Shown here: piece after piece, positions 26,768-40,845 of the stretch
Numbering within the stretch: the first letter of the stretch is position 1
How the letters are laid out: every line of letters starts with the position of its first letter
Source: Bugula neritina
Lineage: Eukaryota > Animalia > Bryozoa
NCBI GenBank assembly: GCA_964035545.1
Contig: OZ037765.1
Location: 32,797,504-32,861,503, forward strand
Direction: 5' to 3'
Length of the DNA: 64,000 nt
Translations under genes and position numbers: made by a program
The notes under the pieces: model-generated
Seen by the model: only the letters and a program-made list of their open reading frames with translations
Told to the model about the DNA's origin: nothing
The model's database searches: none

Positions 26768-29700
26768 GTTTGTGTGTCACATGTGTATCACTAATGTAAT
26801 TATTACCTTCCTTTATATTGTATTTATACACAACTTATAGAATAAAAAATAATGTACGGGATACAAGGCATAGCTTTATATTCAAACTTTTCGGGCTTAG
26901 CCTGAGATTGCTGTATTATACAATGAAATGATAAGGGTGCAGTGTAAATATTTATAGAGTAACCCTCTTTTTTGACTCTGAATAGAAATATTGTAATGGA
27001 TTTTAGTATTTAGTATTTAGCATTAGTTAGTTATGTTATATTGAAAAGGTAACTCTATGTCGGACTGCCGCATCAGGCCGACAGCTTCATGTCGACAGTA
27101 TCATGTCGTCAAGATGGCCTGATCGTGTTGGCCAATGAAACAGGACTGACAATTGATGAGTAGGCGAAGTTACGAACGCGTAGTGAAAGCATGTTAGACA
27201 GCTTCACCGGCAGAGTGGATCGAGTTCTAGCAACGTAAAGTTGCATGCAAATCACTCTATATTATGTAATCGTGTGTGGTAATGTTAGTAGTTTAATTTT
27301 TGTACAGTTTGTAACAATAAAGTCCATTCTAACTGTGAAAAAACTGGTGAAGTAGTTATATATATATAGACCCACTAACTATATAGTGAATCAGAAATTC
27401 ACTACAGTGGTGGCAGCGGTGGGATCTTTCTTATAATAAATGCTCCTAGCCAGAGAGTAAAACAATGACCGACGACGAGTATGTGCCCCATCAGGAACCA
27501 GTAGTGATGGAGAAGGATAACATAGGCGGCCCAGCGCTGCCTATGGACAGGTATTACTTACGTGCTCCCATCTTCTCAGGGGAAGAGGATGTGGAGCAAT
27601 TTATTACTGAGTTTAGTGATGTGGCAGCCATCTGTCGATGGCCTGCCAGGGTGACTCTGATCCAGCTACGGTAGTGTCTGACAGGGCCGGCTAAACCCTA
27701 TGGGATAGGCCAAGATGCTGGTGACATATTTGAAGCATTGAGAGCTTGGTTTGGGTTGACTGCTCGAGATGCTCGCGTGCAGCTCCAAGGACTTAGGAGA
27801 AATATTAAGACTAACTTGCGAGAGCAAGCAACCGTAGTTGAACGACTGCACAAGTCGAGTATGGCGACTTGCCTGCTGATAGTCGACAGAGCTTGGCACT
27901 GGATGCATTCCTCCAGTCTATTAACAACCTCGAGTTGAAGCAACACCCGCTGGTAGCCGAGGTTGAGACAATGGAGCGAGCTCTCAGGCTTGGAAATGCC
28001 TATTTCCAAGCCGACAGTACGTGCCGGCCTGAGACGACCGTGCAGCAAGTCGGAGCCGATGACGACGTGTCGACGTCGCCGGCGACGACAGCTGTACATG
28101 TCGTCATGGCGGCAGCCGACGAGCCGACTAGCTTGACCACAAGCTCGGTTCGCGAGTTGTTAGCCGAACTCAGAGAACTACGCCAGCAGTCGACAGCTGA
28201 ACGACCTACCAGGCCGCCGTCAGCAGTCGACGGCAGGCGGAACCCCGTATGCTGAGGTTGTGGTAGTGGTGGGCACTTCATACGAAGTTGCCCCCATGGT
28301 AGAGAGAGGCAGTTAAATGGAAACGACCCATGGTAGACACCGCCAATCGTGGGCCTCGGTAATGACGCAGTTACTTTCTGAGTACAAGGACGTGTTCAGC
28401 TGCGGCGACCATGACATGGGCCAGGCGGAGGCTGTCTGTCATGAGATACCCCTGGCAAGGGGAACGGTGCCCATCTGACAGCCGACCCGCCGGTCAGGTC
28501 TTAAGAAGGAAAGGGAAATGAGCTGACAGGTGCAAGACCTTCTGAACCGAAACCTGATTGAACCAGGCCATTGGGCCTGGAGTTCTCCAGTTGACCTGGT
28601 TCAAAAAAAGGATGGGAGCTGGAGGTTTCGCGTTGACTATCGCAGGCTGAAAAGCGTGACCATCAAGGACGCTTACCCTCTTCCTAGGATCGACGAGTTG
28701 CTAGATGCCTTAGCTGGTAGCAAGTTCTTTAGTAAGTTGGACTTGTTAAGCGGGTGTTGGCAGGTGCCCCTGAGTCCTGAAGCACAGGACAAGCCCTCGA
28801 AGTGTGCGTTACTGCAACAAAAGGTTAATTACCTGGGCCATTTAGTTGGTCCAGACAGGGTTGCTACTAACCCCGAGAAGGTACGGGCTGTGAGGGACTG
28901 GGCTATCTCTGTCGACCTCACTGAATTGCGGGCATTCCTGGGGCTGGTAGGGTACTATCGTCAGTACATACCGGATTTTGCAGGAATTGCGCAGTCACTA
29001 AACCGGCTGACAGCAAAGGGAGTGCGATGGCAGTGGACGCATACAGAACAGCAAGCATTTAGCCACCTCAAGGATTGCTTGGTAGAGGCGCCCATCTTGG
29101 CGTACCCTGACCCGGCGAAGGAATACGTTTTGGATACTGATGTCAGTAACCACAATGTGGGGGCTGTGCTGTCTCAGGTCCAAGATGGGTGCGAGGTGGT
29201 GGTAGCTTACTATAGTAAAGCCCTGTCGGCGCCTGAGATGTACTACTGTACAACCAGGAGAGAATGCTGGCTGTGTCGACGGGCTGAACCATCAAGCTAA
29301 ATGGCGCGCTGGCTGGAAATCCTGGCAGAGTTTTTTTATCGGATCGAACACCGACCCGGTAAGAAACACGGCAATGCCGACGGACTCAGCCGCCGCCAGG
29401 CAGATGGGTGTAAGCAATGCCAAAATATCGAGCGTAGGGATGGTGGACCCCCTCACTCGGACGTTGAGAAACAGTTGGAGAAAGCAGGTGCATATAGCTG
29501 GGAGGAAGGACAGCTTCGGTCCGAATCCCCTAAGGAGGCTGTTAACAACCTACACGCAAACCTCTTGCTGCTCAGGAACGTCAAGGAGCTGTGTCGGCTC
29601 CAAGCTACACTTTCAGGGGTGGTAGCCGACCTAGTCCGAGCCAAGAAAAAGGGACGGCGGCCTAGTGAGGCTGAGCAGCAGGTGAAGAGTGCAGAGTTTA

Positions 29701-30267
29701 GGTATTTCTGCGACTGCTGGGACTCCCTCCGGTTTAACGGCAAGGAGCTGTTAACGATAACGTTAGCAGCCGGCACCAATCGCCGTGAACGAGAGAGGGT
29801 AGTCTGTTCGTCTGCTCTGAGGCGGGAGTTGATCTGGGACACCCATAAGCAAGCTCATGCAGGACCCGGGCGGGTGACTAGGTGTCTTCAACTCCAGTGG
29901 TTTTGGCCCAGTACGACCCGGGATGTCCGACTCCGGGTGCGGAAGTGTGAGGTATGCCAAGCTAGTAAGCATGGACGCTCCACTAAGACCACCGGGAGGC
30001 GCCGCCACCATGCCGGTCATCCGTGGCAGGTAGTTGCTGTAGATCCGCTAGGCCCCATGCCCACGACAGTGAGAGGTAATTACTGGATACTGGTGTTAAC
30101 TGACCATTCCACGCGGTGTGCTGATGCACTGGCTATTTCAGATGCGTCGGCCCGACGGTGGCCAGAGCTTTTGATCAGCAGGTGTTTTGCTATTTTGGCT
30201 TGCCGGAGCAGATCCACTCTGATCAAAGCGCCCAGTTTCAGTCACAACTGATGAGCGATCTCTTCAA

Positions 30268-30956
30268 CCCTTACGCGATCAATGGACCATATATGTCCTT
30301 CAAAGCGACACTATCCACAGATCAATGGACCATATATGGTCTTTTAGGTGAACAAACAATAGCGCTTACTTTAAACTTCTAGTTTTCAACCGAACAGCCT
30401 AAAAATTTTTGTAATTGATGCTGATACTGTAGCTTGGTAATTTTGGGATAATTATAGCCATTAAATTTGATTAAATTAATAGCTACCAAGCCAGCTAGCT
30501 TCTTTTCAATTTAATCCTTAAATTTCAAACTTATCGGTAAATTTTAACGCTACTTTCAAATGCAAGAAACTGCTGTCAAATTATAGAGAGCCAGTTTATT
30601 TTATTTAAATATCATTAAGAAAAACATCTAAATAAACAGAAATGTTAAAGTCACTATATTTTGAATCATATTATAAATTAATTTTATCGTTTTGAGTTTT
30701 TAATTTTAAAATGGCGGTTCTGAGAGGTCAAATTAAAATGACTGATTTTAGCTAGAATTAGGGTCTCCCTTCACTTTAAGAAGCTTTTTATAATAGAAAA
30801 TACTCTTAAAATTATAATAACCAGTTTATATAAGGCCAAAATCAAGTGTAACTTTTAATAATGAAATTGAAATTTATGCAAAATTTGCTAGCAAAATTCG
30901 CAATAAACTCAAACGAGGTATAAAATTACGTAACTTCAAAGTTGATCGCGAAAGGT
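30268..30956. mobile_element. piggyBac-like MITE (689 bp) in the Gypsy integrase
   Basis: TIR CCCTTACGCGATCAA / TTGATCGCGAAAGGT, flanks TCAA and TTAA; removal restores MSDLFKTLGLNQ. Confidence 0.72.
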
Positions 30957-30980
30957 TTAAGACGTTGGGGCTAAACCAGA

Positions 30981-31719
30981 CACAGGATAGTTAAGGGCAT
31001 CCTCACTAAGAATATCATAAATTTCTCTCAAAATGTAGTTCAGGTTCTTGGATAATTTTGCTCTGCAGTTGCATGCGTCTTGCCTACTTGCATTTGTCTA
31101 GCCTAAGATTAAACTACAACCAATAAGCAGCAACCTTCATTAGGGCTGCGTTACCTATCAACATTCCACTATCGGTGCTACATAAACATAGTACAATGCG
31201 AGCTTTTCATTATAGCCTGCCAGCTAGCAAGCCTATAATTATTATGTACGCGCCAATATCTTCTTATCCCTACGTGCTCATTGAAGCGTGAAGTGCTGCG
31301 CGCTGCTAGTTTCTTATGAGAAAATATGGCATTTTCAGTGTATAAATCACCAATTTATGAGCAATCTAGCAGTTGTAGAGTTGCACTGGAGAAATATCTC
31401 AGGATTCTAGCAGTGCAATTTCTATTCAGATATCATGCTTTGCTGCTGAGATATTTTACTGGCATTGAAAAGTCAGCTTTTTTGGCAAAATTGGCCAAAA
31501 TTGGGCAGTTTTTTGTCTATAACTTTGCAAAAAAAATGAAAATTGAAATTTCCAAAGAAATGCACTGGAGAAAAAGAAGATCTACAACATAGTTTTTAAA
31601 TTTTGACTCTAGCACAATTAGGTGAGATTCTATTTTACTGGTACTGAATTCTTATATGATTACAATGCAAACCTCAGTGAGGCAGTTGCAGCTAAAAGGT
31701 TGCCCTTAACTATCCTGTG
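30981..31719. mobile_element. CACTA/EnSpm-like MITE (739 bp) in the Gypsy integrase
   Basis: Perfect 19-bp TIR CACAGGATAGTTAAGGGCA, 2-bp TSD GA; removal restores LNQSRTTPYHPQ. Confidence 0.8.
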
Positions 31720-34648
31720 GAGTCGGACGACCCCGTATCACCCGCAAGGGAATGGGGTTGTGGAGCAGAACAACCGGATGCTAGGGAACTCACTGAGAAG
31801 CCTGCTTATTGGTAACAGCCAGGAAGAGTGGGACTCGGTGTTGCCACAAATCATGCGAGCTTACCGTAGTACCCCTCACTCCAGTACACTGTAGACCCCT
31901 AATTTTCTCATGCTGAGGAGAGAAACAAGGGTTCCTGAGCATGTAATTTACCATATTCCGGCTCCAGAGAGCAGCGTCCATGGTTACGTGAATGAGCTCG
32001 TGAAACGCATGAAGACAGCTCACCAGGTGCTACGTGAGCAGCAGTGGCAGGTCAGGAGTGGTGACTCTGACGAACCCCTTTTGTATAAGGTGGGAGACTG
32101 GGTCTGGATGACCAGTCATCGCTGGCGGCGCGGACAGGCGGCTAAGTTACAGCCGAAGTTCGTGGGTCCTTATTGCGTGATTGAGGTGATGTTAAATCAC
32201 ACGTATAAGGTGGAACGGTCTGGACAAGTGTCGATCCAGAACAAGGCACGACCAAAACCGTACTGGGCGAGCCCTGACGCGGCAGGACAGGCCCCTCCAC
32301 TCTTAGAGCCTGCACGACGCCCTTCTATGAGAGGGCGAGGCATGGCATATAGAGAAATAGAGGAGGTGCTGCCAGATCAGGAAGAAGCGGCGGACGCGCC
32401 GACCGACTCGCCCCGGCCGCCCCCACCAGGAAGAGGCGGCCGACACACCGGAAGATAGGTCTGAGCCGGCCCCACCACCAGTAGAGCCGCCCGACACGCC
32501 TGTCGCCCCAGATGAGATGGTAATTCCTCAGATTCATGAGGAAGAGGCAGCTAGGGAAGAGTCACCCATACTGGTGAACTCTCCCCCCCCCCCCCGTACT
32601 GGCGACACCACCCGTGGTGGTAGAGTCAGCAGTACCAGCAAGTCCCCCTGTACAGTTGGAACGTAGCCAGCGTACTAGGGCGCCACCATCTTATTTGAGA
32701 GACTTCTGGTGTGACATGGTCGACATGCTCAGTATTTTATAGCCTGTCGACTTGTACAAAAGAAGTCTGAGGGCGAGGTAGGTAATAATATGCTACCCAG
32801 TGGCGGATAGAATAGGTCAGCCGAGGGGTCAGCAGAGCAAAGCCAACTCAATAGCGCATGGGCCGTTACATAACCACTCTAGCTGTGAGCACTCTTTTCA
32901 ATTACAACCAGCAAACAGGCAGCAGTCTTTTTGCAGTAAATAAATATGGCCACTATGAGCCCTATATAAACAGACAGCGAGCATTATGTCTAATGCATCA
33001 ACTGTTTTGGAGGGTGAGACTGAAGCTGTGTCTGCTGAGATACAGGCACTACTCGATACACTGACAGCAGCATGGGACAACAATACAGTTAGTTTAAGGT
33101 CATGCTTTTCAGTTTCTGGCTCTTCGCCAGGTGCTTTACGTTCTATATGAACAATGTTCCACTGATAGCCCGAACAGGTTGAATCTCACAGGAACAAAAA
33201 AGTATGAAAAGATAGAGAAACTTATGTTCTCCAATATACTTTTTTATTTTTTTCAAAAGCCAATTCATGTTTAAGTTATCGCTTGTTGAAAAACATAGTC
33301 CCCTTTCTACATTCTTTCTAATTTATATGCTCCTGACTTGTATTGTATCTCAATATACTGTAGTTGAGTGCTTGTTAGTCTCGCTTCACTGGCTTTGCTT
33401 ATACTTCACAAGTGCCAGTGCTGCTGGCTCAAAAGCTAAATGTTATAAACTGTTAGCTAAAACCCAATCTTGTATTCCTAGGTTGGTTGGCCTAAATCAA
33501 ACAATTGTCAAATCATGATTTCATGTTTTAGGAATCTGCTCTATTCCAACCTGCTGCCTAGCTAGTTCTGTTTCCTTATCATAATCTTTGATGTGTTTAT
33601 AGAATTGGTGTGATACATTTTTTTGGCAACCATCCGAGTTATAAAATGCAGTAATGGTACCTATAATATTATATTATTATCATTATAATATATTATACAG
33701 TATTAGGTGTTTTTTATTATATTGCATAATATATATTAATTTATCATTGTTGTTGTGCAAACAAGTGCAATTAACTTAGTTTTCAAAATGTACCTCTAAA
33801 TTAACAGAATATTAGTTTAGATATTTTCATAGTTCGTTAGGTAAACCTAAAAAAGAGGCTGTATTTCCAAAAAAAGGGTGTTGAACCATAATGAACTATA
33901 ATAGATTAGCCACTCTTCTATTCATCAGTATAATATTATATGGCTAGCTGTGATGCTTTGTCTCCGGTGGCTGGCTGCTATATGATAACTTAGCCAACTT
34001 CCAGGAATTTAAAATTGGCGCAATTATTCAAGAGGTTACATACTGCACAGAGCTAGCGGTCATAGTAACCTTGCTATTATCAGTACTTATTACAACTGCC
34101 AGCATATACGCTGCATTATAGAATGCCGTTGGGGTAGGCTACAACACCAAATTTTGTTCCATAACATACTTTAAACACAATGCAGCAACATAATTTTTAG
34201 TTTCAAATTACATTGCCACCCTTACAGGAGCTGTGGGTTTCATAAAGATCCATATGATTAGAGAGTTATGCTATAGGCCCTAACTGTGCCAGTGTATGAA
34301 GAAAAAAACCCACCATTATCAAAGTTTACTTCAAGTATGTTGTTTTCCAAAAACTCAGTATTTTCCATCACTCTTTTGCATACAAATGCTTATGTAATAG
34401 CATACAGTTTAAATTTTATTTTGGAGCACATCTGCAAATTCTACAATAAAAGGCTAGAGCATGCTTTACCAGTCTATTTCAGACCTATTTTTGTAGCTAG
34501 TAATAAGCACAGGACTACGACCGTATAGCTGTGAATAGGTGTAAATAAGCAAGCTACTTATCCTGCAAGTTTTGGTCAATTTGTTCAAAACCATTAGCTG
34601 TGCTAGTAACCTGAGGCTATTGCAACAGTTTATAAAAATAGCTTGACA

Positions 34649-34678
34649 CAATGAACTCAATAATATTCCAGCTCAGTG
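34649..34678. mobile_element. Probable P-element excision footprint (30 bp)
   Basis: CAATGAACTCAATAAT+ATTCCAGCTCAGTG equals the two termini of the 9252-13084 element joined; flanks GCTTGACA/GCTAGCCA match 6 of 8. Confidence 0.7.
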
Positions 34679-35767
34679 GCTAGCCACTGCTAGTCAACAT
34701 GAATTGACAGCCTAATAATTATAATCCATTTGAGGCTCCAAATATTTATGTAATGATAGTTACTCATATAGTGTTGTTCTCATTTACAGTGACTACGTGG
34801 TCCATTGGTCAAAGGCGCCAGCGACAAGTTGAATGGCCCTGGTTCAACCTTGCTTTGAGACAATTCTTTTTGGTCAAATTATGCAAATCCTACGCATGTA
34901 TAATAAATATGGCTATAGCTGTTGAATTTCTTCAGATTTTGAAACAATTTTTACCAGTAGGACAACATACATGCATACTAATTAGATACTGAACACTAGG
35001 CTAAACCTAAAATTAATTTTATGGAATATAATGTACCTAAAACAATCATATGTGAATTAGAGAAACTGAAGGTACACCTGCTGCACTATAGACAGACCTT
35101 TACTGGCAAGACTGCAAAGTGAAGCGATTTAGCTGAAATTAACTCTGCCAAACAAACGAAGAATTATGTTGTGCTGGGGCACTTTCAATAGATTGTAACA
35201 TAGTGAGCAGATGCAGCGAAATGCTAATGTAAAATAGGGAACATTATATTGGCAGAAATTCAATAAATTGCCAATTTGTGCGAGAGGGTACTATGTTATT
35301 GTAATAGCAGAGTGGCAAACATACTAGGAACATTATAATTAGTCACAGGAGCGTAGCCAGAACCACCATATGAAGAATCTAAATAATTGCAGTGAAACTT
35401 GCAAACTGGTGTACGTTTTGACTAAATTGTGAAGAGCATAAACAGAATTTCGAAAAACAAAGAAAGGATATTAGAGAAAACATATCAAGGAATGTCAAGT
35501 TGAAATTTTAGACTTTATAAAATGAATTCTCTGTGCTACAACAGTGGAACATGGAGGGCATAAAATTTCACTTATTATGCAACAACTTTTTCAGAAAATT
35601 TTTTCTTGAAAGATTAAAAAAGTATGAGGAAGAGGAATTCAAGAGCTATCTTTTCATGTAGAATTTGTCAGTGTGAGACAAAAACTGTTCGATCTTTCCC
35701 CTGGAAACGGTTTATATATAACATGAAGCAGTGCCTGGATCTTTAAAGTAGTGACCTTAAACTAACT

Positions 35768-36640
35768 GTGATGTCAGAGGAGAGGATGGAAATATTTTCC
35801 GACATTCACTTATCAACAGTGTCGGACCAATCGACTACAACGACTAACCAAACTGTTAGACAAGTTGACATTACTGAACTAACTGGTGGGCCGCTTGAAT
35901 TGCCACAAGCTTTTATACGGCGTACTACCTGGACAACTAGACAGACGGAGACTTTAATGCAGGCACTGATAGGGACTGATGACCATAGACAGTGTGATGA
36001 ATGCCGGCGGACTTTCTTGACTGTGAAACAACTCAAAATACACATACCACAACATTTTCCTGTAACCTTCTGTTCCTGTGGAGTCCACCACTTCTGCAGG
36101 GACGCTATACTGCAACACCAAAGGAGTCAGAACTGTTACATCGGACACCTATACAAAGTTGACGCCGACTCCTTCACTGAATTTAAAGATCTGATACTGC
36201 CTCATGTGACCGACCCAGATCGACGCCAAACCCTACTAGACCAGTTCACGCGACCCGACCGACGGTGGAAAGTGATTCAGACGCAGACCGCCAGCCTCTG
36301 GCCACCACGAGGACAACACCAGCCCCTGAGGTGACGACTCAGCCTCTCCGTATTCTCATGTCCAGTGCCGGACGCACAATAGAGGGAGACTCCCACCCCT
36401 GACCACAACTACCTCCTTCTTCCCTAGTCGCCGACAGAAGAAGAGAAAGAGCCCTAGTGACCCGACTAACAAAAATACTATCCCCGACCAGTCTTTATTG
36501 ACAGATGTGAAGAAGTTACAGAGGCGTATGGCGTATGTACATATATGGAGTGGGTCCTCTCATACGACATCAGAGAATACACGATATGGTTGAGCATAAC
36601 CAACTTTTTAGAGGACTATTTGAAGGCTCTCAACTGAAAA
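35768..36640 (+). pseudogene. C2H2 zinc-finger ORF, copy 1 (frameshifted), probably Gypsy-borne accessory gene
   Basis: CDECRRTFLTVKQLKIHIPQH followed by CSCG...HQRSQNC; GC content like the Gypsy element; duplicated at 40846. Confidence 0.55.
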
Positions 36641-37538
36641 CTAGATGACTTCCGCTGCTGCTTTGCTACACCGTATTTATTGCTATAGTCAAGCTTTCCT
36701 AATCTGTTTCCCTGTGTGTTTTCAGTATGAAATTTTGCATCATTCTGAAAATGTTTGCATACTAGTTTAATTACACTGCTGGCTTACATTTTCGTTTAGT
36801 CTAGGATTAAACGTATGTTTCTTTTATAGATTGATGGCAGACAGATTTTAACTAAAAAAATGCAAACTTAAGTCTAAAACCTGGTGTGCCCTGTTATAAT
36901 TAACATATGAAAATAATTGGTGGGGAAAGTTGTACCTGGTTCAACTTGCCCCACTTCCTGTGTGGTTCAACTAACCCCACACTGTCATGGGCTACAAATT
37001 ATTGTCAATATCTGCTGTGAATGAAATATTTCTGCAAATTTATGTCATTGTACAGCTTTGGAAGCATGTTGACAATACATGCCTAAATTTATTTGACTGT
37101 GCTCTTAAAATTTGAGAAGCCATGTAACTGTTTATGAAAAATATAAGGTTTTAGTTTGCTCATTTGTCATGCAAAATTGTAAAAATACTCGCTTGAACCT
37201 AAAAACTTCTGCTTGGAGTTTATTTGTTTCTATATATTTTTATATATTTATATAATTTCTATATTGAAAATATAATCTGACATGTATTAAATTAGAACTG
37301 GTAATATTCAGTCTATGAGATAGTGCGTGTAAATTGTACAATGTGGAGTAAATTTGTATTATATTTACTGTATTCATTATATGAGGTACTATTATCCTGC
37401 TTTATTCAGGATGTTGTTTTGACTGATACTCAATATCTCTGTGAAATACAGGAAGGTGATATTTAACTCATACACATGTCAGTACTGCATATTATCCTCA
37501 TACTTTGCTTTGTTTTAATGCATATCTTTATATTACAG

Positions 37539-37676
37539 TCTCTCTCGGCTGACTCAGTTAGAGAAACTAGACATAGGAGACAATACTCTCAACACAGTAC
37601 CAGATGTTGTGTCATCACTCACATCACTTAAACAGTTGAAGATGAATAGTTGTGGTATATCCAGTCTACCTGAAAG
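37539..37676 (+). CDS. LRR exon E10 (138 nt; absent from the ORF track): SLSRLTQLEKLDIGDNTL...LKQLKMNSCGISSLPE
   Basis: tattacag acceptor, GAAAG|gtttgt donor; translated by hand, open frame. Confidence 0.92.
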
Positions 37677-38444
37677 GTTTGTGTGTCACATGTTTATTAT
37701 TTCTTCTTAACATCATAACCATCTCCCTTTAAATTATATTTATACATAACTATTAGTATATAAGATATGTACAGGTTATAAATGTGTATATAGGTAGAAA
37801 TTTGTACCCACTTTAAGGTTTTGGTAAAGTACAATGAGATGGAAAAGGTGGAGTGCATCATGAAGTGAAAAGCCACCCTCTCTCATGAAAAAGTGAATTA
37901 TAATTTTGTTTTACTACTGTATTGAAATACCACAGTACTCCCCAGCTATAATGTAAAATTTTATTGCTACCAAGTATTTTGCTAAAGATTTCATGTGGAA
38001 CGAAGACTAGATATAGGATATTATTAAAGAAAACAGTGGTCTAGGGGCTTGAACCCTGACAAAGGCCATTGATGATGTTAGGAAGACTACCCAGTCATAA
38101 TTGCTCCTGTGCATCATTTAAATAATTCCTTAGCACGATTTAACAAAAATCCTTTCCACCGGGTTTTTCACAGGGATGGTGACTATAAAGTTGCATGCAT
38201 TTTACTTTATAAGAAAACAATGAAATCACTCAAAATATGAAGTACTAATATCTACTAGTGACATAATTTGTTACTGATCAAATCCCATTCATTTTAATAC
38301 ATGAAACAATTGAAGGTAAAATATCACAAGGATTGGAAAAAACATTTTTGTTTTGTTGATAGAATTTTTCAGAACTATAAACTGCTGCATGATATTTCAT
38401 TATTTTCCTGATGCAAATTTTTATATCATTTTTTTGTATTACAG

Positions 38445-38582
38445 TCTTTCCCAGCTGACTCAGTTAGAGATATTATACATACAACAGAATCATCTCAACA
38501 CAGTACCAGATGTTGTGTTATTACTCACATCACTTAAACAGCTGGATATGAGTTACTGTAGTAGAGTTGGTCTACCTGAGAG
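38445..38582 (+). CDS. LRR exon E11 (138 nt), paralog of E8
   Basis: Same splice signals; LEILYIQQNHL...DMSYCSRVG. Confidence 0.9.
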
Positions 38583-39054
38583 GTTTGTGTGTCACATGTT
38601 TATTACTACTTCACAACATCACTAATACTACTCTGTAACTTATATTTATACACAACTTATATAGTATATGTAATATAACATACAGGATACAGAGTATAGC
38701 TATAGTTTCTGTACTTAGCCTGAGTTCCCTGTGTTAGACAAGGAGCTGGTAAGGGTACAGTGTAAAAATCGGAAAAGTTATAAACCTCTTCAAATGACTA
38801 TGTGCAGGATGATGAAAGGAGTTGTATTATTTATATATGAATATGTAAGATAGTTTACAAGGATGTGTAAAGTTTGGAAAAGATACCCTCTTTCTATATG
38901 ACCAGAAGCTGAATTATAAATTAGGAGTTGTATTTTTTGCATACGAATATTTTGTGTAGTTTAGAATAATTGAATGCATTATATTTTATTAGGAATTAAA
39001 TATACAGCAATAATGTGGTTTATATTTTATATATTACCATTAAATTGTCTGTAT

Positions 39055-39511
39055 GCGTAGGGTCACACAACGCGGGTTTTCTGCATGCGGGTCCAAATTT
39101 TAGGAAACCTGTTCTGGGAACAACTTGCCACACACAATGCATGAATTGTGGGTGCGGGAACTCATTGGCTAACGATCTCGGACTTTAACATTACCGCTCG
39201 CCTATAACAGACATTTGTTTTTTAAATTTACATCATCGGCAAAGTGACTTTCCATATTATAAAAGCGGAAATGGAAACTATATGAAACTGTTTTAATTTA
39301 GTTCGATAAAAATTAAACCTCGAATTGAAATTAAAAAAGTGTGCTTGCTAAATAATAATTAGCCAATTACATCAAACCTACACAAGCTTTCTGCACCTCC
39401 GTCTCAGCATGTTATCTGCATGGGAACCCACACACAACAGCCCATTTTTGAGCTAGATGGGTTTCTCCGCATGCTGCCAGCAGGGGTTACCCGCGCCGTG
39501 TGGCCCTATGC
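39055..39511. mobile_element. Harbinger-like MITE, copy 2
   Basis: GCGTAGGGTCACACAACGCGGG...CCCGCGCCGTGTGGCCCTATGC. Confidence 0.65.
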
Positions 39512-39998
39512 TAAGCTGACTAAGTAATTAGTAATAACTATGTCATAACTCATTATTCTTAGCAGTGAATAGAAAAAAGCTGCCTAAAACCAACCAGCAG
39601 CTTTGTGCAAAAACTCTTAAAACTTTCATAAATTACATTATGCAGACCTGTTTACTCTGAATACTTTGAAACAAAACAGCATCCCAGGTTAAACACGAAG
39701 ATATTGAAAACATAGTTTAGCATGTATTGAACCAGAACTAGTAACATTCAGCCATATCACAATATTGTGTGAAAATTTTACAATCTGAAGTGAATCTGTA
39801 TTGTATTTATTGCATTCATTATATGAAGTACTATTATCTTGCTTAATTCAGGATGTTATTTTGACTGATACTTGATAATATTTCCCTAAAATAAAAAGAT
39901 GTGATATTTGACTCATACTCATATAAGTACTGCATGTTATACTTATATTGTATGCAACTTTGTTCTCTTCTTATATTTTGTATATCTTTATGTTCTAG

Positions 39999-40127
39999 TG
40001 TGGATCAGCTGACTCAGTTAGAGACACCAGACATAGTAGACAATAGCCTCAAGACAGCACCAGATGTTGTGTCATCACTTAAGCAGTTGAAATTGAATAG
40101 ATGTGGAATATCCAGTCTACCTGAAAG
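39999..40127 (+). CDS. Divergent LRR exon E12 (129 nt), paralog of E9
   Basis: tgttctag acceptor, same 9-nt deletion, open frame. Confidence 0.6.
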
Positions 40128-40351
40128 GTTTGTGTGTCACATGTGTATCACTAATGTAATTATTACCTTCCTTTATATTGTATTTATACACAACTTATAG
40201 AATAAAAAATAATGTACGGGATACAAGGCATAGCTTTATATTCAAACTTTTCAGGCTTAGTCTGAGATTCCCGTATTATACAATGAAATGATAAGGGTGC
40301 AGTGTAAATATTTATAGAGCCACCCTCTCTCTTGACTCTGAATAGAAATAT

Positions 40352-40845
40352 TGCAGTGAATTTTAGTATTGTATTAGTTAGTTATGTTATATTGAAAGGG
40401 TAACTCTATGTCAGACTGCCGCATTGGGCCGACAGCTTCATGTTGACAGTATCATGTCGTCAGGATGGCCTGATCGTGTTGGCCAATGAAACAGGACTGA
40501 CAATTGATGAGTAGGTGGAGTTACAAACGCGTAGTGGAAGCATGTTAGACAGCTTCACCGGCAGAGTGGATCGAGTTCTAGTAATGTAAAGTTGTATGCA
40601 AATCACTCTATATTATGTAATCGTGTGTGTTAATGTTAGTAGTTTTATTTCTGTATAGTTTGTAACAATAAAGTCTATTGTAATTGTGAGAAACCTGGTG
40701 AAGTAGCTTTATATAAGTAGACCCACTAATTATATAGTGAATCAGAAATTCACTACAGTGGTGGCAGCGGTGGGAATTTTCTTATAATAAGTGCTTCTAG
40801 CCAGGGAGTAAAACAATGGCCGACAATGAGGACGTGCCCCATCAG
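40352..40845 (+). mobile_element. Second copy of the Gypsy 5' LTR (40352-40757), PBS and gag start, at the same intronic position as 26992
   Basis: Homologous to 26992-27495 with the same upstream flank (CTGAATAGAAATAT). Confidence 0.9.

Larger units (their letters stand above)
26992..32720 (+). mobile_element. Gypsy LTR-retrotransposon, decayed: 5' LTR 26992-27406, tRNA-Leu PBS 27408-27425, gag 27465-28330, pol fragments to about 32700; no 3' LTR seen
   Basis: TG...CA LTR; PBS TGGTGGCAGCGGTGGGAT; CCHC remnant (C*GCGSGGHFIRSC); RT lacking the YLDD segment; RNaseH; integrase HSDQ, TTPYHPQGNG, GPY; interrupted by two MITEs. Confidence 0.9.

Noticed and set aside
33060-35760. AT-rich stretch with short ORFs, probably old repeat fragments
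   Set aside because: No termini, TSD or protein motif I could support, apart from the P footprint.
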